Notes under the pieces: generated by a model
The model's database searches: none
What the model saw: the letters and a program-made list of their open reading frames with translations, nothing else
What the model was told of the DNA's origin: nothing
Program-made: the position numbers and the translations under genes
IMG/VR virus record: IMGVR_UViG_3300031746_000008
Coordinates: 17,725 to 81,724 of that record
Source: a virus
Taxonomy: Duplodnaviria; Caudoviricetes
Direction: 5' to 3' (one strand)
DNA length: 64,000 nucleotides
Part shown: in pieces, positions 38,306 through 48,490 of the stretch
How positions within the stretch are numbered: the stretch's first letter is position 1
Layout: each line of letters starts with the position of its first letter

Positions 38306-38993
38306 AGGTTGTATATCTGGAATCTACAAAATAATGTGTTTACCAACGGGAAAAATCTACGTAGGAAGTTCTGTAAACATAAATAATAGATGGGGCGAAC
38401 ATAGGCACCGATTAAGAAAAAATATACATAGTAATACTTATTTACAAAACGCCTGGAATAAATATAGAGAGCAAAATTTTAAATTTGAAATAATCGAAAT
38501 AATAAAACCCGATTTATTAACAGAAAATGAATTAAAATGGTTTAAGAAAACTAATTGTTGTAATCCCGAATATGGTTTTAATATTGGTAAAAATCCAGAT
38601 AGAACTATGTTAGGAAGATTGCATAGTAAGGAATCTAGATTAAAAATGAGTAATGCCCACAAGGGAAAAATTTTTACAGACGAACATAGAAAAAATATAT
38701 CGAAGATTCGTTTTGGTAAAAAACACTCAGAAGAAACAAAACAAAAAATAGGTATAGCACACAAAGGTAAAATAGTCTCTATAAAAACAATAGAAAATAT
38801 GAAAAGGGCAAAGAAAGGGCTATATAAAGGATCAAAAAATCCTAATTCCAAATTAAACGACAATAAGATAATACAAATTAGAAAATTGCATTCGGAAGGA
38901 AAATCGAACATAGAAATTGCAAAAATCTTTAATATTTCACGGTCTAGTATTTCCCTTATAATTAATAATAAAATCTGGAAACATATAAAATGA
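38295..38993 (+). CDS. GIY-YIG endonuclease with NUMOD3 and HTH
   Basis: GIYKI..IYVGS, GKKHSEETKQKI, KL....I..IR; start reassigned to ATG 38295. Confidence 0.9.
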   Translation: MVIKGCISGIYKIMCLPTGKIYVGSSVNINNRWGEHRHRLRKNIHSNTYLQNAWNKYREQNFKFEIIEIIKPDLLTENELKWFKKTNCCNPEYGFNIGKNPDRTMLGRLHSKESRLKMSNAHKGKIFTDEHRKNISKIRFGKKHSEETKQKIGIAHKGKIVSIKTIENMKRAKKGLYKGSKNPNSKLNDNKIIQIRKLHSEGKSNIEIAKIFNISRSSISLIINNKIWKHIK

Positions 38994-39036
38994 ACGTAAT
39001 TCTTTTAAAAAATGTGTCCTGGGGCAAATAGATAAT

Positions 39037-39216
39037 ATGTTATGGCGCATAGTTTTGCCTTATGCAGTATTTGGTGTAATAGTTAAAAACGATATTGTAG
39101 TAGATTCTGCCCCAATTGGTAAATGGATGATTGGAAAAACTTTAAACTTTATTCAACTGTGGGTAGCAAATAAAAATGGAACCATACTATATACAAAAAA
39201 GAAAGATACACTATGA
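39037..39216 (+). CDS. 59-aa hypothetical protein (below track cutoff)
   Basis: MLWRIVLPYAVFG...SAPIGKWMIGK; ATGA overlap with the next gene. Confidence 0.6.
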   Translation: MLWRIVLPYAVFGVIVKNDIVVDSAPIGKWMIGKTLNFIQLWVANKNGTILYTKKKDTL

Positions 39217-39635
39217 AAGAAGTTATACTTCGCACGGATGGCGGAATTCGTGAATTTAAAATGGCTTGTGCTTGGATTGCATTCAATCCAGAAGATGTTA
39301 AGGAAATTGTTTTTCAAGGTTCTAAAAAATGTGGAAAAAAAGGCACAAGTAATATAGCCGAGTACCGGGGGTTGATCGCCGGTTTGACACATGCTCTTAA
39401 AGAAAAAATTGAAATAATTCATATAATAGTTGATAGTCAATTGATTGTAAAACAGATTACAAAGGCAGCAAAAACAAATAACGAAGAATTGATTAAGCAT
39501 AGGGATAAAGTTTTAGAATTATTAGAGCAATTTAAAGAATTCTCAATAAAATGGGAATCTAGAGAAAACAATAAGTTAGCTGATGAGTTAGTGAATAAAA
39601 TCTTTGGTGGTAAGAAAAAAAATGTTAAGAAATAA
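39213..39635 (+). CDS. ribonuclease HI-like protein
   Basis: TDGG, SNIAEY, DSQLI, RENN.LAD. Confidence 0.9.
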   Translation: MKEVILRTDGGIREFKMACAWIAFNPEDVKEIVFQGSKKCGKKGTSNIAEYRGLIAGLTHALKEKIEIIHIIVDSQLIVKQITKAAKTNNEELIKHRDKVLELLEQFKEFSIKWESRENNKLADELVNKIFGGKKKNVKK

Positions 39636-40176
39636 ACTTATGGTTGGCACCGGAATCCTGACATTGGCCCTAATGGGCTTAGTAATCTATATCCTACTCT
39701 TTCTCACAACATCGTGTGTCTCGCCAGGGGCCGCTAAACTGGAAGCTAGGGTTGGTGTCGTTGAAGACAATTTTAATCAACTTGAGTCTGTTGTTGATAA
39801 TAATATTGAAGAAGTCGGCACGCTGAAAAACCAATTAGTAGAAGTAAGTAATACTGTAAATAATTCAGGAGTAATTAAATATTCTGGTGCAGGATACGTT
39901 GTTCTTGGCACTTCTTTAATGGCTATTATTTTTCTTTTGGCCATCGGTATATTTCTCAAATATTATCTTAAAGCTAAGAATAGTACGAATATGTTAAATT
40001 TAGTAACCAAGGCGGTTAAAAATGTTGACCCAGAAACCCAAAGAAGAGTTAAGGGTGCTATTGAATCTCAAACATCTAATGGCGGACCTTTGACGGAGAA
40101 GCATAAAAATCTTTTGGCAAAATTCACTAAAGCCAACGGAACTTTCGTCGAAAAAGTAATTAAATCCATAGTATAA
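39604..40176 (+). CDS. membrane/lipoprotein with coiled coil and second TM segment
   Basis: Hydrophobic N-terminus ending TTSC, coiled coil, TM VVLGTSLMAIIFLLAIGIFL. Confidence 0.65.
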   Translation: MVVRKKMLRNKLMVGTGILTLALMGLVIYILLFLTTSCVSPGAAKLEARVGVVEDNFNQLESVVDNNIEEVGTLKNQLVEVSNTVNNSGVIKYSGAGYVVLGTSLMAIIFLLAIGIFLKYYLKAKNSTNMLNLVTKAVKNVDPETQRRVKGAIESQTSNGGPLTEKHKNLLAKFTKANGTFVEKVIKSIV

Positions 40177-40182
40177 TACGTT

Positions 40183-40359
40183 ATGATGCCAGACCCTAAG
40201 TGTCCGGACTGTAAAGGAACGGGAGAGATCCTTTTGTTTGTTAGAACAGTAAAATGTTTTTGTCTCAACAGAATTATTGATGACGACCCACTGGAATTAA
40301 AAAAATTGTTTGATGAAAGATTAAAAGAAAATAATGATATTAACTGGCCAATAATTTAA
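40183..40359 (+). CDS. 58-aa CxxCxGxG zinc-finger protein (below track cutoff)
   Basis: CPDCKGTG...CFC. Confidence 0.6.
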   Translation: MMPDPKCPDCKGTGEILLFVRTVKCFCLNRIIDDDPLELKKLFDERLKENNDINWPII

Positions 40360-40370
40360 AGGATTTTAAA

Positions 40371-40586
40371 ATGGGGAAAGGTTCTCTTAGGCGAAAATGT
40401 CAAGTATCAAAAGAAATAGAAGATGCTAATTGGGAATCTGTGTTCGGTAAGAAGAAGTTGAATGTGATGTCTGAAGAAGAGCGGGATGCGTTGGCCCTGG
40501 AGAATGATGACTTCCGAGAATCAGAAGATGATATTGATGGACTTGACGAAATAGACAAAATGATAAAAGAAGGCGAAAATAATTAA
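40371..40586 (+). CDS. hypothetical protein
   Basis: GKGS.RR......NW..VF. Confidence 0.6.
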   Translation: MGKGSLRRKCQVSKEIEDANWESVFGKKKLNVMSEEERDALALENDDFRESEDDIDGLDEIDKMIKEGENN

Positions 40587-41263
40587 TGTTTATTAAGGGT
40601 CATATATCTGGAGTCTATAAAATAATTTGTTTACCAACAGGAAAAATTTATATAGGAAGTTCTGTAAATATATTTGATAGATGGACCATACATAAAAGCG
40701 GATTAAGAAATAATAAACATTATAATCCACATTTGCAAAAAGCTTGGAATAAATACAAGGAAAATAATTTTAATTTTGAAATAATAGAAAAAGTAGACAA
40801 TAATTTTTTAACAGAAAAAGAAAATTTCTGGATAGAAAAATTCAATAGTCGTAATAATAAATATGGTTTTAATATTGCTAAACCAGGAGATATCAGACAT
40901 AGAACTAATCCTGGTATGACAGGACGATCACATAGTGAAAAATCTAAATTAAAAATGAGTTTAGCTCGGATTGGTAGGGTTGGATATAAACATACACAAG
41001 AAGATAAAATAAGATTAAGCTTAGCCTTAAAAGGAAAGAAAAGATCTAAAATAGCTATAAAAAATATGACAAAAGCACAAAAATTAGTAGACAGAAGGGG
41101 ATCAAAAAATCCAAAAGCAAAACTGGTAGATAAAAATATTCCAGAAATTAGAAAAATGAAAAAAGAAGGTCGGTCAACAAAAGAAATAGCAAATAAGTAT
41201 AATGTTAGCATAGATGCGATTTATGATATTATAAACGGTAGAAAATGGAGACATATACCATGA
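40586..41263 (+). CDS. GIY-YIG endonuclease with NUMOD3 and HTH
   Basis: GVYKI..IYIGS; paralog of 5846 and 38295. Confidence 0.9.
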   Translation: MFIKGHISGVYKIICLPTGKIYIGSSVNIFDRWTIHKSGLRNNKHYNPHLQKAWNKYKENNFNFEIIEKVDNNFLTEKENFWIEKFNSRNNKYGFNIAKPGDIRHRTNPGMTGRSHSEKSKLKMSLARIGRVGYKHTQEDKIRLSLALKGKKRSKIAIKNMTKAQKLVDRRGSKNPKAKLVDKNIPEIRKMKKEGRSTKEIANKYNVSIDAIYDIINGRKWRHIP

Positions 41264-41622
41264 AAAAAATTGTTTTAAATTATATTGAAGAGACAGATAT
41301 CAAAGAAAGAACGCCTCTTGGAATTTCTGACAAGGGAAATGTGGTCGCAACTTGCTCCATATGTAAGAGGGATTTAATGATTTTTCAATTAACAAAAACA
41401 AACGAAGAACTTGTAGGAGAAAATAAAAATCCTATCACCACAAGAATAGCTGTTTATTGCGAAAATTGTAAAAATATAAATAGGGTTATCTCAATCAAAG
41501 GACAATTTTATCCAGGAGCAGCAAATGATAATATTAAATTTGAAGTAGATGAAAATATTCAACATGGCGGTGGATTAAGTCCTGATTGCGATGTAATTTT
41601 TAAAGTCAATAGGAGAAAATAA
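41245..41622 (+). CDS. hypothetical Zn-ribbon protein
   Basis: CSIC...CENC. Confidence 0.6.
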   Translation: METYTMKKIVLNYIEETDIKERTPLGISDKGNVVATCSICKRDLMIFQLTKTNEELVGENKNPITTRIAVYCENCKNINRVISIKGQFYPGAANDNIKFEVDENIQHGGGLSPDCDVIFKVNRRK

Positions 41623-41939
41623 TGCACGACATAAAATACATAGATAAAAATGGTACTCCACATATTGCTAAATCCGAAACCGAAGCAACATTGTCTTCAA
41701 ATAAAGATGTTTTTGCTTATACGATTGGTGATATGAATTTTGTATTGATTTCAAACGATGGCGATTTATTTAATCCGTTTGATTCTTCTGCCAATAGGAA
41801 TAAGAAAGATTTGGAGAAGGGTGATTTATTCTACAATCTTAGAAAATGTAATAAAACGTGTTTTGATTATTATACCATGTTCTTAAAGACAAAAAATAGA
41901 ACACATTTAACGTTAGCCCAAAGAAATTATTTAAATTAA
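41622..41939 (+). CDS. hypothetical protein
   Basis: ORF, TAATG coupling. Confidence 0.6.
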   Translation: MHDIKYIDKNGTPHIAKSETEATLSSNKDVFAYTIGDMNFVLISNDGDLFNPFDSSANRNKKDLEKGDLFYNLRKCNKTCFDYYTMFLKTKNRTHLTLAQRNYLN

Positions 41940-41954
41940 AATAAAGGAAATAAA

Positions 41955-42317
41955 ATGAAACACATAGATAAAAAATTGTCTGACGATTTTTCAAAATTTC
42001 TCGATCAAAAACTATTTTATAAAAACGACAAACCCTTAAAACAAACCAAAAATAAGTTAGATCTTTTTAATAGATGTACGACATTATTTGAAGAATTTAT
42101 AAATACGTATATTGTTTCAGATTTGTCTCTCTACGAACAATCAGAATCAACATCTTCACCTATTGTTCCAAAAGATAACAAACCAAAAAACGCTAATGTT
42201 ATAAGTATAAAAATAAAAAACCCAATAGATGGGGGGAAAGGAACTACTATTATGACGGCATCAGAATCCATGAAGGCTGATAGTGAAAGGTACTCCGGAG
42301 TAAAAAAGAATGAATAA
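41955..42317 (+). CDS. hypothetical protein
   Basis: ORF with RBS. Confidence 0.6.
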   Translation: MKHIDKKLSDDFSKFLDQKLFYKNDKPLKQTKNKLDLFNRCTTLFEEFINTYIVSDLSLYEQSESTSSPIVPKDNKPKNANVISIKIKNPIDGGKGTTIMTASESMKADSERYSGVKKNE

Positions 42318-42717
42318 TGAAGAATTGATAAGTTTTACGGTTCCAACGAATTGCAGCAAGTATTATGTTGCAACTTTATCCAATAATAAAGAAGTCTTTC
42401 AAGATGAAAGAAAAGATGGACCTCATTCGTGGTTGCGTCTCAAGCAATTTTTACAATTAAATGCAGACTTAAAAATTATAGACTTTAAACTTATCGAAGG
42501 AAATAAAAGTTTTGATATGCCAAAATTACAAAGAGGTTATTGTTTTGGGAAGAAAATGGTAAAAATTTTTATGGGAAATACAGAAGTACAAGGAACTTGT
42601 GTCGGGTATTTTGATGGTATAAATGCGACCCTCTTCTGGGTTTCAGAGGACGGCGAAAATGTCGGGAAAGAAATTAGAAGCAAAGACAAGTGTGGATTCT
42701 TTCTTATCGAGAATTAA
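42310..42717 (+). CDS. hypothetical protein
   Basis: Overlapping ORF; SWLRLK motif. Confidence 0.6.
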   Translation: MNNEELISFTVPTNCSKYYVATLSNNKEVFQDERKDGPHSWLRLKQFLQLNADLKIIDFKLIEGNKSFDMPKLQRGYCFGKKMVKIFMGNTEVQGTCVGYFDGINATLFWVSEDGENVGKEIRSKDKCGFFLIEN

Positions 42718-43167
42718 ATGGAAAAGTCATTCGATTCACCAACAACCCCAGGTCTTCCTATAGATTTTCGTAATTACGTCGTAGAATTAGTGTGTTTAAA
42801 TATGGATAAGAAACTCGGTCCTCGATTCTGGAAATCCAATAATTATTGGGCCAAAAAATATCCGAGAGAAATTAAAGGCATAAGCAACTTAAGTAAATTA
42901 ACAGATTTTAATAATCCTTTAATTCAAAAATTATTAATTGGTATTATTAAAGATGGTTGGATTAAATCTCTTTCGGCTAAAAAGACTTTAAATACAATAA
43001 TTAAAAAATTAGATATATTATATAAAAAAGAAATAGAGAAAAGAAAAGATGAAAAAATAGTTATAAGTATCTTTTCTCCAGAAGAAAATGCAAGATATGT
43101 AGATACTGGGACAAAAAATAAATTGTCAATTTTAAAGGATATTGAAAATAGTGGCAAAGAAATCTAA
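42718..43167 (+). CDS. hypothetical protein
   Basis: ORF upstream of recA. Confidence 0.6.
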   Translation: MEKSFDSPTTPGLPIDFRNYVVELVCLNMDKKLGPRFWKSNNYWAKKYPREIKGISNLSKLTDFNNPLIQKLLIGIIKDGWIKSLSAKKTLNTIIKKLDILYKKEIEKRKDEKIVISIFSPEENARYVDTGTKNKLSILKDIENSGKEI

Positions 43168-44197
43168 AGAAAAGGTTGTTGATGAAAGTTTTGATAAATT
43201 TCTTGAAAGAACTTATGGAGAGGGAATTATTAGGACGGCAGATAAAGTAATAGACCGAAAGAGAGATGTTTTAAAAACAGCATCAATTTCCCTGGACATT
43301 AGTTTAAATGGAGGAATTCCCGATGGCGCTACTTGTCTTATTAGCGGAAAGAGCAAGGTTGGCAAAACTTCAATTTGTTTAGAAATCTTAAAGAATGCCA
43401 TAGACGACAATAGACCCGCATTTTATTTTGATATCGAGCGCAGAGCATCTGCGAGTCTTATTGGAACCATCCAAGGGCTAGATACTAGTAAACTTCAAAT
43501 AATTAAATCCACTCTCGATCACAATTTAAGCGCCGAGGAATGGTTAAGAGTAATCGAATCTACAATAAAGGAAAATAAAAAAGCAGTCATGGTTATAGAC
43601 AGCATAGCAGCACTTTCCACGATGGCGGAGCAGGCGGAAATGATTGGAGACAATAGGGATATGGCTGGAGTTCCGAAGCTCTTGGCGGGATTTTTTAGAA
43701 AAGTACAACCCGTAGCAGACGACAATGACGTAATATTATTATTTATTTCCCAACTTCAAACGAATCGGGAAGTTAATGGTAAAAAATTTATTGAGAAAGG
43801 GGGTCTCGCAATATCTTACGCTTGTAGCGTATGGTTAAATGCAAACTGGGCTAAACAATGGGACAAAGATCCAGACACAAATGCTCCAGCAGGACATGAT
43901 GTGATGGTAACAGTGGTGTGTTCTGCATTAGGTAAACCTTTTCTTCCTTGTGCTGTTCCCTTGCGATTTGGTGAAGGTGTTGATAGAATAAAAGATATCT
44001 TAATTAACGCAGAAAATCTTGGTCTCATAGAAAAGAGCGGTAGTTGGTATATAATCTCCAGCATCTTAGATAAAGACAATAATCCTCTTAAGTTGCAGGG
44101 ACTTGAGAAAGTTCGTGAATATTTTAAAAATAATCCTCAATACATAGAAAAATTTGATAAAGAAATTCGTGAAATATTATTGCCAGGAATAAAATAA
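43142..44197 (+). CDS. recA: RecA/UvsX recombinase
   Basis: SLDISLNGGIP, GKSKVGKT, DIE, VIDSIAAL, ISQ, KSGSWY. Confidence 0.92.
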   Translation: MKIVAKKSKEKVVDESFDKFLERTYGEGIIRTADKVIDRKRDVLKTASISLDISLNGGIPDGATCLISGKSKVGKTSICLEILKNAIDDNRPAFYFDIERRASASLIGTIQGLDTSKLQIIKSTLDHNLSAEEWLRVIESTIKENKKAVMVIDSIAALSTMAEQAEMIGDNRDMAGVPKLLAGFFRKVQPVADDNDVILLFISQLQTNREVNGKKFIEKGGLAISYACSVWLNANWAKQWDKDPDTNAPAGHDVMVTVVCSALGKPFLPCAVPLRFGEGVDRIKDILINAENLGLIEKSGSWYIISSILDKDNNPLKLQGLEKVREYFKNNPQYIEKFDKEIREILLPGIK

Positions 44198-45036
44198 TGA
44201 GAAGATTCATTGATCTGATAGGACAAAAATTTAATGAATTGATACCGATTAGATATATGGGCAACAATAAATGGGGAAATGCTTTATGGTTGTGTCGATG
44301 TGATTGTGGTAAAGAAAAGATAATATTAGGATCAGATATCAAAAGAGGTCGTAGTAAAAATTGTGGATGTTCAAAATTAAAACATTGCCACGCTAGAAGT
44401 AAAAAAATATCAAAAACATACAAATCGTGGGATGGTATGATCCAAAGATGTACCAATCCAAAAAATGCAAGTTATGAAAATTATGGTGGCCGTGGTATAA
44501 CTATCTGCGATCGCTGGTTGGAATCAAATGGCAAAGGATTTATTAATTTTCTTGCGGACATGGGAGAAAGACCAGAAGGTAAATCTCTTGACAGAAGAGA
44601 TAATAATAAATTAATATGTGGATATTCACCAGGAAATTGCAAATGGTCAACAAAGAAAGAACAAGCAAATAATAGGAGAAGTAATCTTGATAAAAAATCC
44701 TTGCTTATCCGAAAATATAAATGTATATTAATGAGCGTTTTAAATAATTTAAAATCAAAAAGAATTAATTTTTCTAAACATCTTCCATATGGCTCTAGAG
44801 AACTCTGCGAACATTTAAATAATATACTAAAAGTACAAAACAATTGTTGTCCAATGTGCAATAAATCTTACAATGATATTAAATTTGATATAGATCATAT
44901 TATCCCAACTTCGTCAGCGAAAACTAAAGAAGACCTATTAAAACTTTTCGATTTAAATAATCTATCTTTGTTATGTTTTTATTGTAATAGATATGTTAAA
45001 AGAAATAAAATAAAAGGAAAAATAAATGAAAAATAA
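44197..45036 (+). CDS. DLTGQRFG-family endonuclease with a second C-terminal HNH domain
   Basis: LDRRDNN..GYSPGNCKW, then CPMC..IDHIIP...NL.LLC..CN. Confidence 0.8.
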   Translation: MRRFIDLIGQKFNELIPIRYMGNNKWGNALWLCRCDCGKEKIILGSDIKRGRSKNCGCSKLKHCHARSKKISKTYKSWDGMIQRCTNPKNASYENYGGRGITICDRWLESNGKGFINFLADMGERPEGKSLDRRDNNKLICGYSPGNCKWSTKKEQANNRRSNLDKKSLLIRKYKCILMSVLNNLKSKRINFSKHLPYGSRELCEHLNNILKVQNNCCPMCNKSYNDIKFDIDHIIPTSSAKTKEDLLKLFDLNNLSLLCFYCNRYVKRNKIKGKINEK

Positions 45037-45226
45037 ATTAACATTAATAATTTTAATAACATCTGTATTATTCGGATGCGAAATTAGGCCAGGAATTTAT
45101 GTCGAGCCTCGTCCCGTTGTGGTAGTTCACGAGGAACCTCCAACAGAAGTTGTAATAATTCAAGGCCATCCCGTAAGACGTGTTATCGTTGCTCCTCGTC
45201 CAATTATTATTCATAGACACAGATAG
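45026..45226 (+). CDS. small putative lipoprotein
   Basis: LFGC lipobox; Pro/Val-rich. Confidence 0.6.
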   Translation: MKNKLTLIILITSVLFGCEIRPGIYVEPRPVVVVHEEPPTEVVIIQGHPVRRVIVAPRPIIIHRHR

Positions 45227-45232
45227 TGTTTA

Positions 45233-45589
45233 ATGTTAATTCAACTTTTAAATGGAGCAGAAGAGAAAATAAATTTAAAAAAATACTTATTAAGAGAGAC
45301 ATACCAAAAATCAAAATTTCAAACAAGAGTTAAGGAACAATTAAAGAAAGAATACCCCTCTGATAATATTTATGAAGAGGTATATATCAAGGGTGAAAAG
45401 TTCTATCTTGATTTTTTTATTCCTTCTCGTGGGCTTGTGGTAGAGGTTCAAGGAAGACAGCACGAACTTCATATTAAATTTTTCCATAAAACAAAAATAG
45501 ATTTTAACAATCAAAAAAATCGTGATGAGCGTAAAATAGCATGGTGTTTGCTTAATCACTTGAAATTGATTGAAGTATATGACAAATAA
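45233..45589 (+). CDS. DUF559/Vsr-like endonuclease
   Basis: LDFF, VEVQG.QH, RD..K..W. Confidence 0.8.
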   Translation: MLIQLLNGAEEKINLKKYLLRETYQKSKFQTRVKEQLKKEYPSDNIYEEVYIKGEKFYLDFFIPSRGLVVEVQGRQHELHIKFFHKTKIDFNNQKNRDERKIAWCLLNHLKLIEVYDK

Positions 45590-45998
45590 TTTTGACGAAG
45601 AATATAAAAAATACAGTGACGATCTTACGGCATGGGAAAAATCTTTGTGTCTTTCCTTTAAAGAATCTAATAGATCAGAGATTGAAAAGATACTCGAATT
45701 ATCAATAGAAGAAATTAGATTAGAAACAACAATGAGACTTTGTGAATATTCATTCATGCTTTCACAATATTTAATTTTTCTTCAAAAAAAGAGCAACGAA
45801 GCAGAAGGATATTTAAAATGGTCCAAGAATGTTACGAACAAACTTTTTAATGAAGATAAAGCTAAGTGCGGCAGAATTCAACAGAAGGTGGATCTAAGAT
45901 TGTCGAGAATAATTTATTTGTCTCGCCGAATTGAGTTTTATGCACAAAATATGCAAAATATAATTCGTCAACGTAATTTGGAGATAAAAAATGGATAG
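45570..45998 (+). CDS. hypothetical helical protein
   Basis: Overlapping ORF. Confidence 0.6.
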   Translation: MKYMTNNFDEEYKKYSDDLTAWEKSLCLSFKESNRSEIEKILELSIEEIRLETTMRLCEYSFMLSQYLIFLQKKSNEAEGYLKWSKNVTNKLFNEDKAKCGRIQQKVDLRLSRIIYLSRRIEFYAQNMQNIIRQRNLEIKNG

Positions 45999-46563
45999 TC
46001 CCATACAACTTATTAAAAATGGAATCATCGCTAATAATTGGTCTTTAGTTTGCCAGGGGTATGAGGAGATCACTGGAGAATTAATTAAAGCAAATGAAAT
46101 AATTGAATCACCCAATGAATTAATAGAAGAGATAGAACAAATAATTAACAAACACAAAAAAATAATTACACCGAATCCAGATGGACAAACATATGAAAGA
46201 AATCCCCCAGAACCAAAAAATCGCCGTCAAGACCCACCACCAATTAAAAAAACAGTTACAGTTGGCCCCTTTGTTAGCTTGGACGAAAATGGCAATATGG
46301 TTCCCACCAAAAAAGGATATTATGGTAATGATACGAAACCAATAACAGATGACAACATTCCATTAGAAGAAATAAATAAAAACAAAGAAAAAGCAGCAAT
46401 AACCAAAGAGAGAAAAACAAAAAGAAGTCCTTCCAAGAAATATGATGTAAAATGTTCACAGTGTGAGCAAAATTTTGAATCAGATAGACAAGAAAGCAAA
46501 GATTTTGGGCAAAAATGTCCAAAGTGCCTGCAAGATACAATTAATGGAAAAATAATTGAATAA
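45991..46563 (+). CDS. hypothetical protein with C-terminal Zn ribbon
   Basis: CSQC...CPKC. Confidence 0.6.
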   Translation: MDSPIQLIKNGIIANNWSLVCQGYEEITGELIKANEIIESPNELIEEIEQIINKHKKIITPNPDGQTYERNPPEPKNRRQDPPPIKKTVTVGPFVSLDENGNMVPTKKGYYGNDTKPITDDNIPLEEINKNKEKAAITKERKTKRSPSKKYDVKCSQCEQNFESDRQESKDFGQKCPKCLQDTINGKIIE

Positions 46564-46577
46564 TTATAAGATATAAT

Positions 46578-47066
46578 ATGTTAAATAAAGAAAAACGTAA
46601 ACTTTACATGAAAGAATATAACAAAAGATATAGATTGAAGAATAAAGATAGAGATAAAGAAAAATATAGACTCTATATGAAAGAATATCATTTTAAAAAT
46701 AAGGATAGGCGCAACGAAAGACATAAACTTTATATGAGAAAATATCGAGCCGAAAACAGGGATCTTTATAACACCTATATGAGAAGTTTATATGCAAAAC
46801 ATCCAGAATATAGCCGATTACGAAGATTAAAAAGAAAAGAGTTACTTGCTAATATTAAAAAAGATAGTGGATGTATGGTGTGCGGTGAAAATGATCCAAG
46901 ATGTTTAGATTTTCATCACAAAGATTATAAAACAAAGAAATTTACTATAGGCAATTCTAAAGGACGGGATTTATTACAAACAATGAAAGAGGTCGAGAAA
47001 TGTATTGTCTTATGTTCAAATTGTCATAGAAAATTAGAACAAAAAGAAAGTGATACGGGTATCTAA
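46578..47066 (+). CDS. HNH-like endonuclease with N-terminal YM(K/R)xY repeats
   Basis: CMVCGE..CLDFHH...CIVLCSNCHR. Confidence 0.75.
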   Translation: MLNKEKRKLYMKEYNKRYRLKNKDRDKEKYRLYMKEYHFKNKDRRNERHKLYMRKYRAENRDLYNTYMRSLYAKHPEYSRLRRLKRKELLANIKKDSGCMVCGENDPRCLDFHHKDYKTKKFTIGNSKGRDLLQTMKEVEKCIVLCSNCHRKLEQKESDTGI

Positions 47067-48490
47067 TGGATAAACAAACAAATATTTTGAATGATTCGGG
47101 ATGTGAACGATCTGTTTTATCTGCTATCCTAAATCATGGGTCAGATCTCCTTATAGATATTGAAGAAATTTTAGATACAAAAGATTTTTATTGGTCGATT
47201 AATAGAACAATATTTTCTATTATTAAACATCTTGTTCACGAAAAGAGTTTAGATAAATTTGATGGACCAACAATAGTAGCTAATGCAAAAATATTTAACT
47301 ATAATAAATTTGATGGGAATTCAAAAGAATCAGAATATCTGGAAGCATTATTTGCAAATACTCCAACATATAACAATGCCAAGTCTATAGCTTTGCAGAT
47401 ATATAAACTATCTTTGGCGAGACAGGCAATAAAGTGTGTGGACAATATTTCTGAGGATTTGAAGGGGATCAATGGTCAAGAGAAGATTGATGAGATTATA
47501 GGGAAGTTGGAAGATCCGGTATTTGAGTTTACGTCGAAATTAAATAAAGACAATAAAAACATGGTTCATATTTGCGATAATTTTGAACAAACACTTAATG
47601 CAGTATCAGAGAAGCCGAAGGGCATTTGTGGTCTTCCAACAGGGTTCAATAATTACGACAACTGTATTGGCGGTGGGCTTCGCAGGGCAACGGTTAACGT
47701 CGTTGGATCACGCGCAAAAGGAGGAAAGTCCTTTCTGTGTCTCAATATTGCTAAAAATTTAGCCGAATTGGGTATTCCCATATTATATCTTGATACTGAA
47801 TTGTCTCAACAGATTCAAATGAATAGATTTATTTCGTTAATTTCTGGCGTCGAATGCTTAAGAATAGAGACGGGGCAATTCGCTACAACGAAAGAAGAAA
47901 AAGAAGCTGTTTGGTCATGTAAAGAAATTGTAAAAAATTTACCAATTACTCACTGTTCAATAGCTGGTTTGTCAATCGAATCTATTTTATCCCTATGCAG
48001 AAGATGGATTATTAAAGAAGTTGGGTTTGAAGATAACGGTTTCACAAAGCCCTCACTAATTATTTTGGATTATATTAAATTGATGGATACTTCCGATATG
48101 AAATCAAACATGATGGAGACTCAAATTCTTGGGTTCATGATGACAGCCCTTCATAATTTCGCATTAAAATTTAATATTCCTATATTTAGTACAGTACAAT
48201 TAAATAGAGAGGGGGTTTCCCGCGAAGGCTCGGAATTTATTTCTGCATCAGATAGAATTCTTTGGCTGTGCTCGTCCTTCTCTATATTGAAGAATAAAAG
48301 TCAAGAAGAATTAATAGAGGACGGCCCATCGAATGGTATGAAAAAAATTATAGTCTGCGACTCCCGCTTTGGGCCGGGCATGGACAAGGGGGATTACATA
48401 AACATCAAAATGGATCTCAGTAGATCGAAATTAACCGAAGGGAAAATGTTAAGCCAGAGTACTTCGCAATTTTTAAATGAGAAAATATAA
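47066..48490 (+). CDS. dnaB: DnaB-like replicative helicase
   Basis: E..VL, GLPTGF, RAKGGKS, LDYIKLM, QLNR. Confidence 0.92.
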   Translation: MDKQTNILNDSGCERSVLSAILNHGSDLLIDIEEILDTKDFYWSINRTIFSIIKHLVHEKSLDKFDGPTIVANAKIFNYNKFDGNSKESEYLEALFANTPTYNNAKSIALQIYKLSLARQAIKCVDNISEDLKGINGQEKIDEIIGKLEDPVFEFTSKLNKDNKNMVHICDNFEQTLNAVSEKPKGICGLPTGFNNYDNCIGGGLRRATVNVVGSRAKGGKSFLCLNIAKNLAELGIPILYLDTELSQQIQMNRFISLISGVECLRIETGQFATTKEEKEAVWSCKEIVKNLPITHCSIAGLSIESILSLCRRWIIKEVGFEDNGFTKPSLIILDYIKLMDTSDMKSNMMETQILGFMMTALHNFALKFNIPIFSTVQLNREGVSREGSEFISASDRILWLCSSFSILKNKSQEELIEDGPSNGMKKIIVCDSRFGPGMDKGDYINIKMDLSRSKLTEGKMLSQSTSQFLNEKI

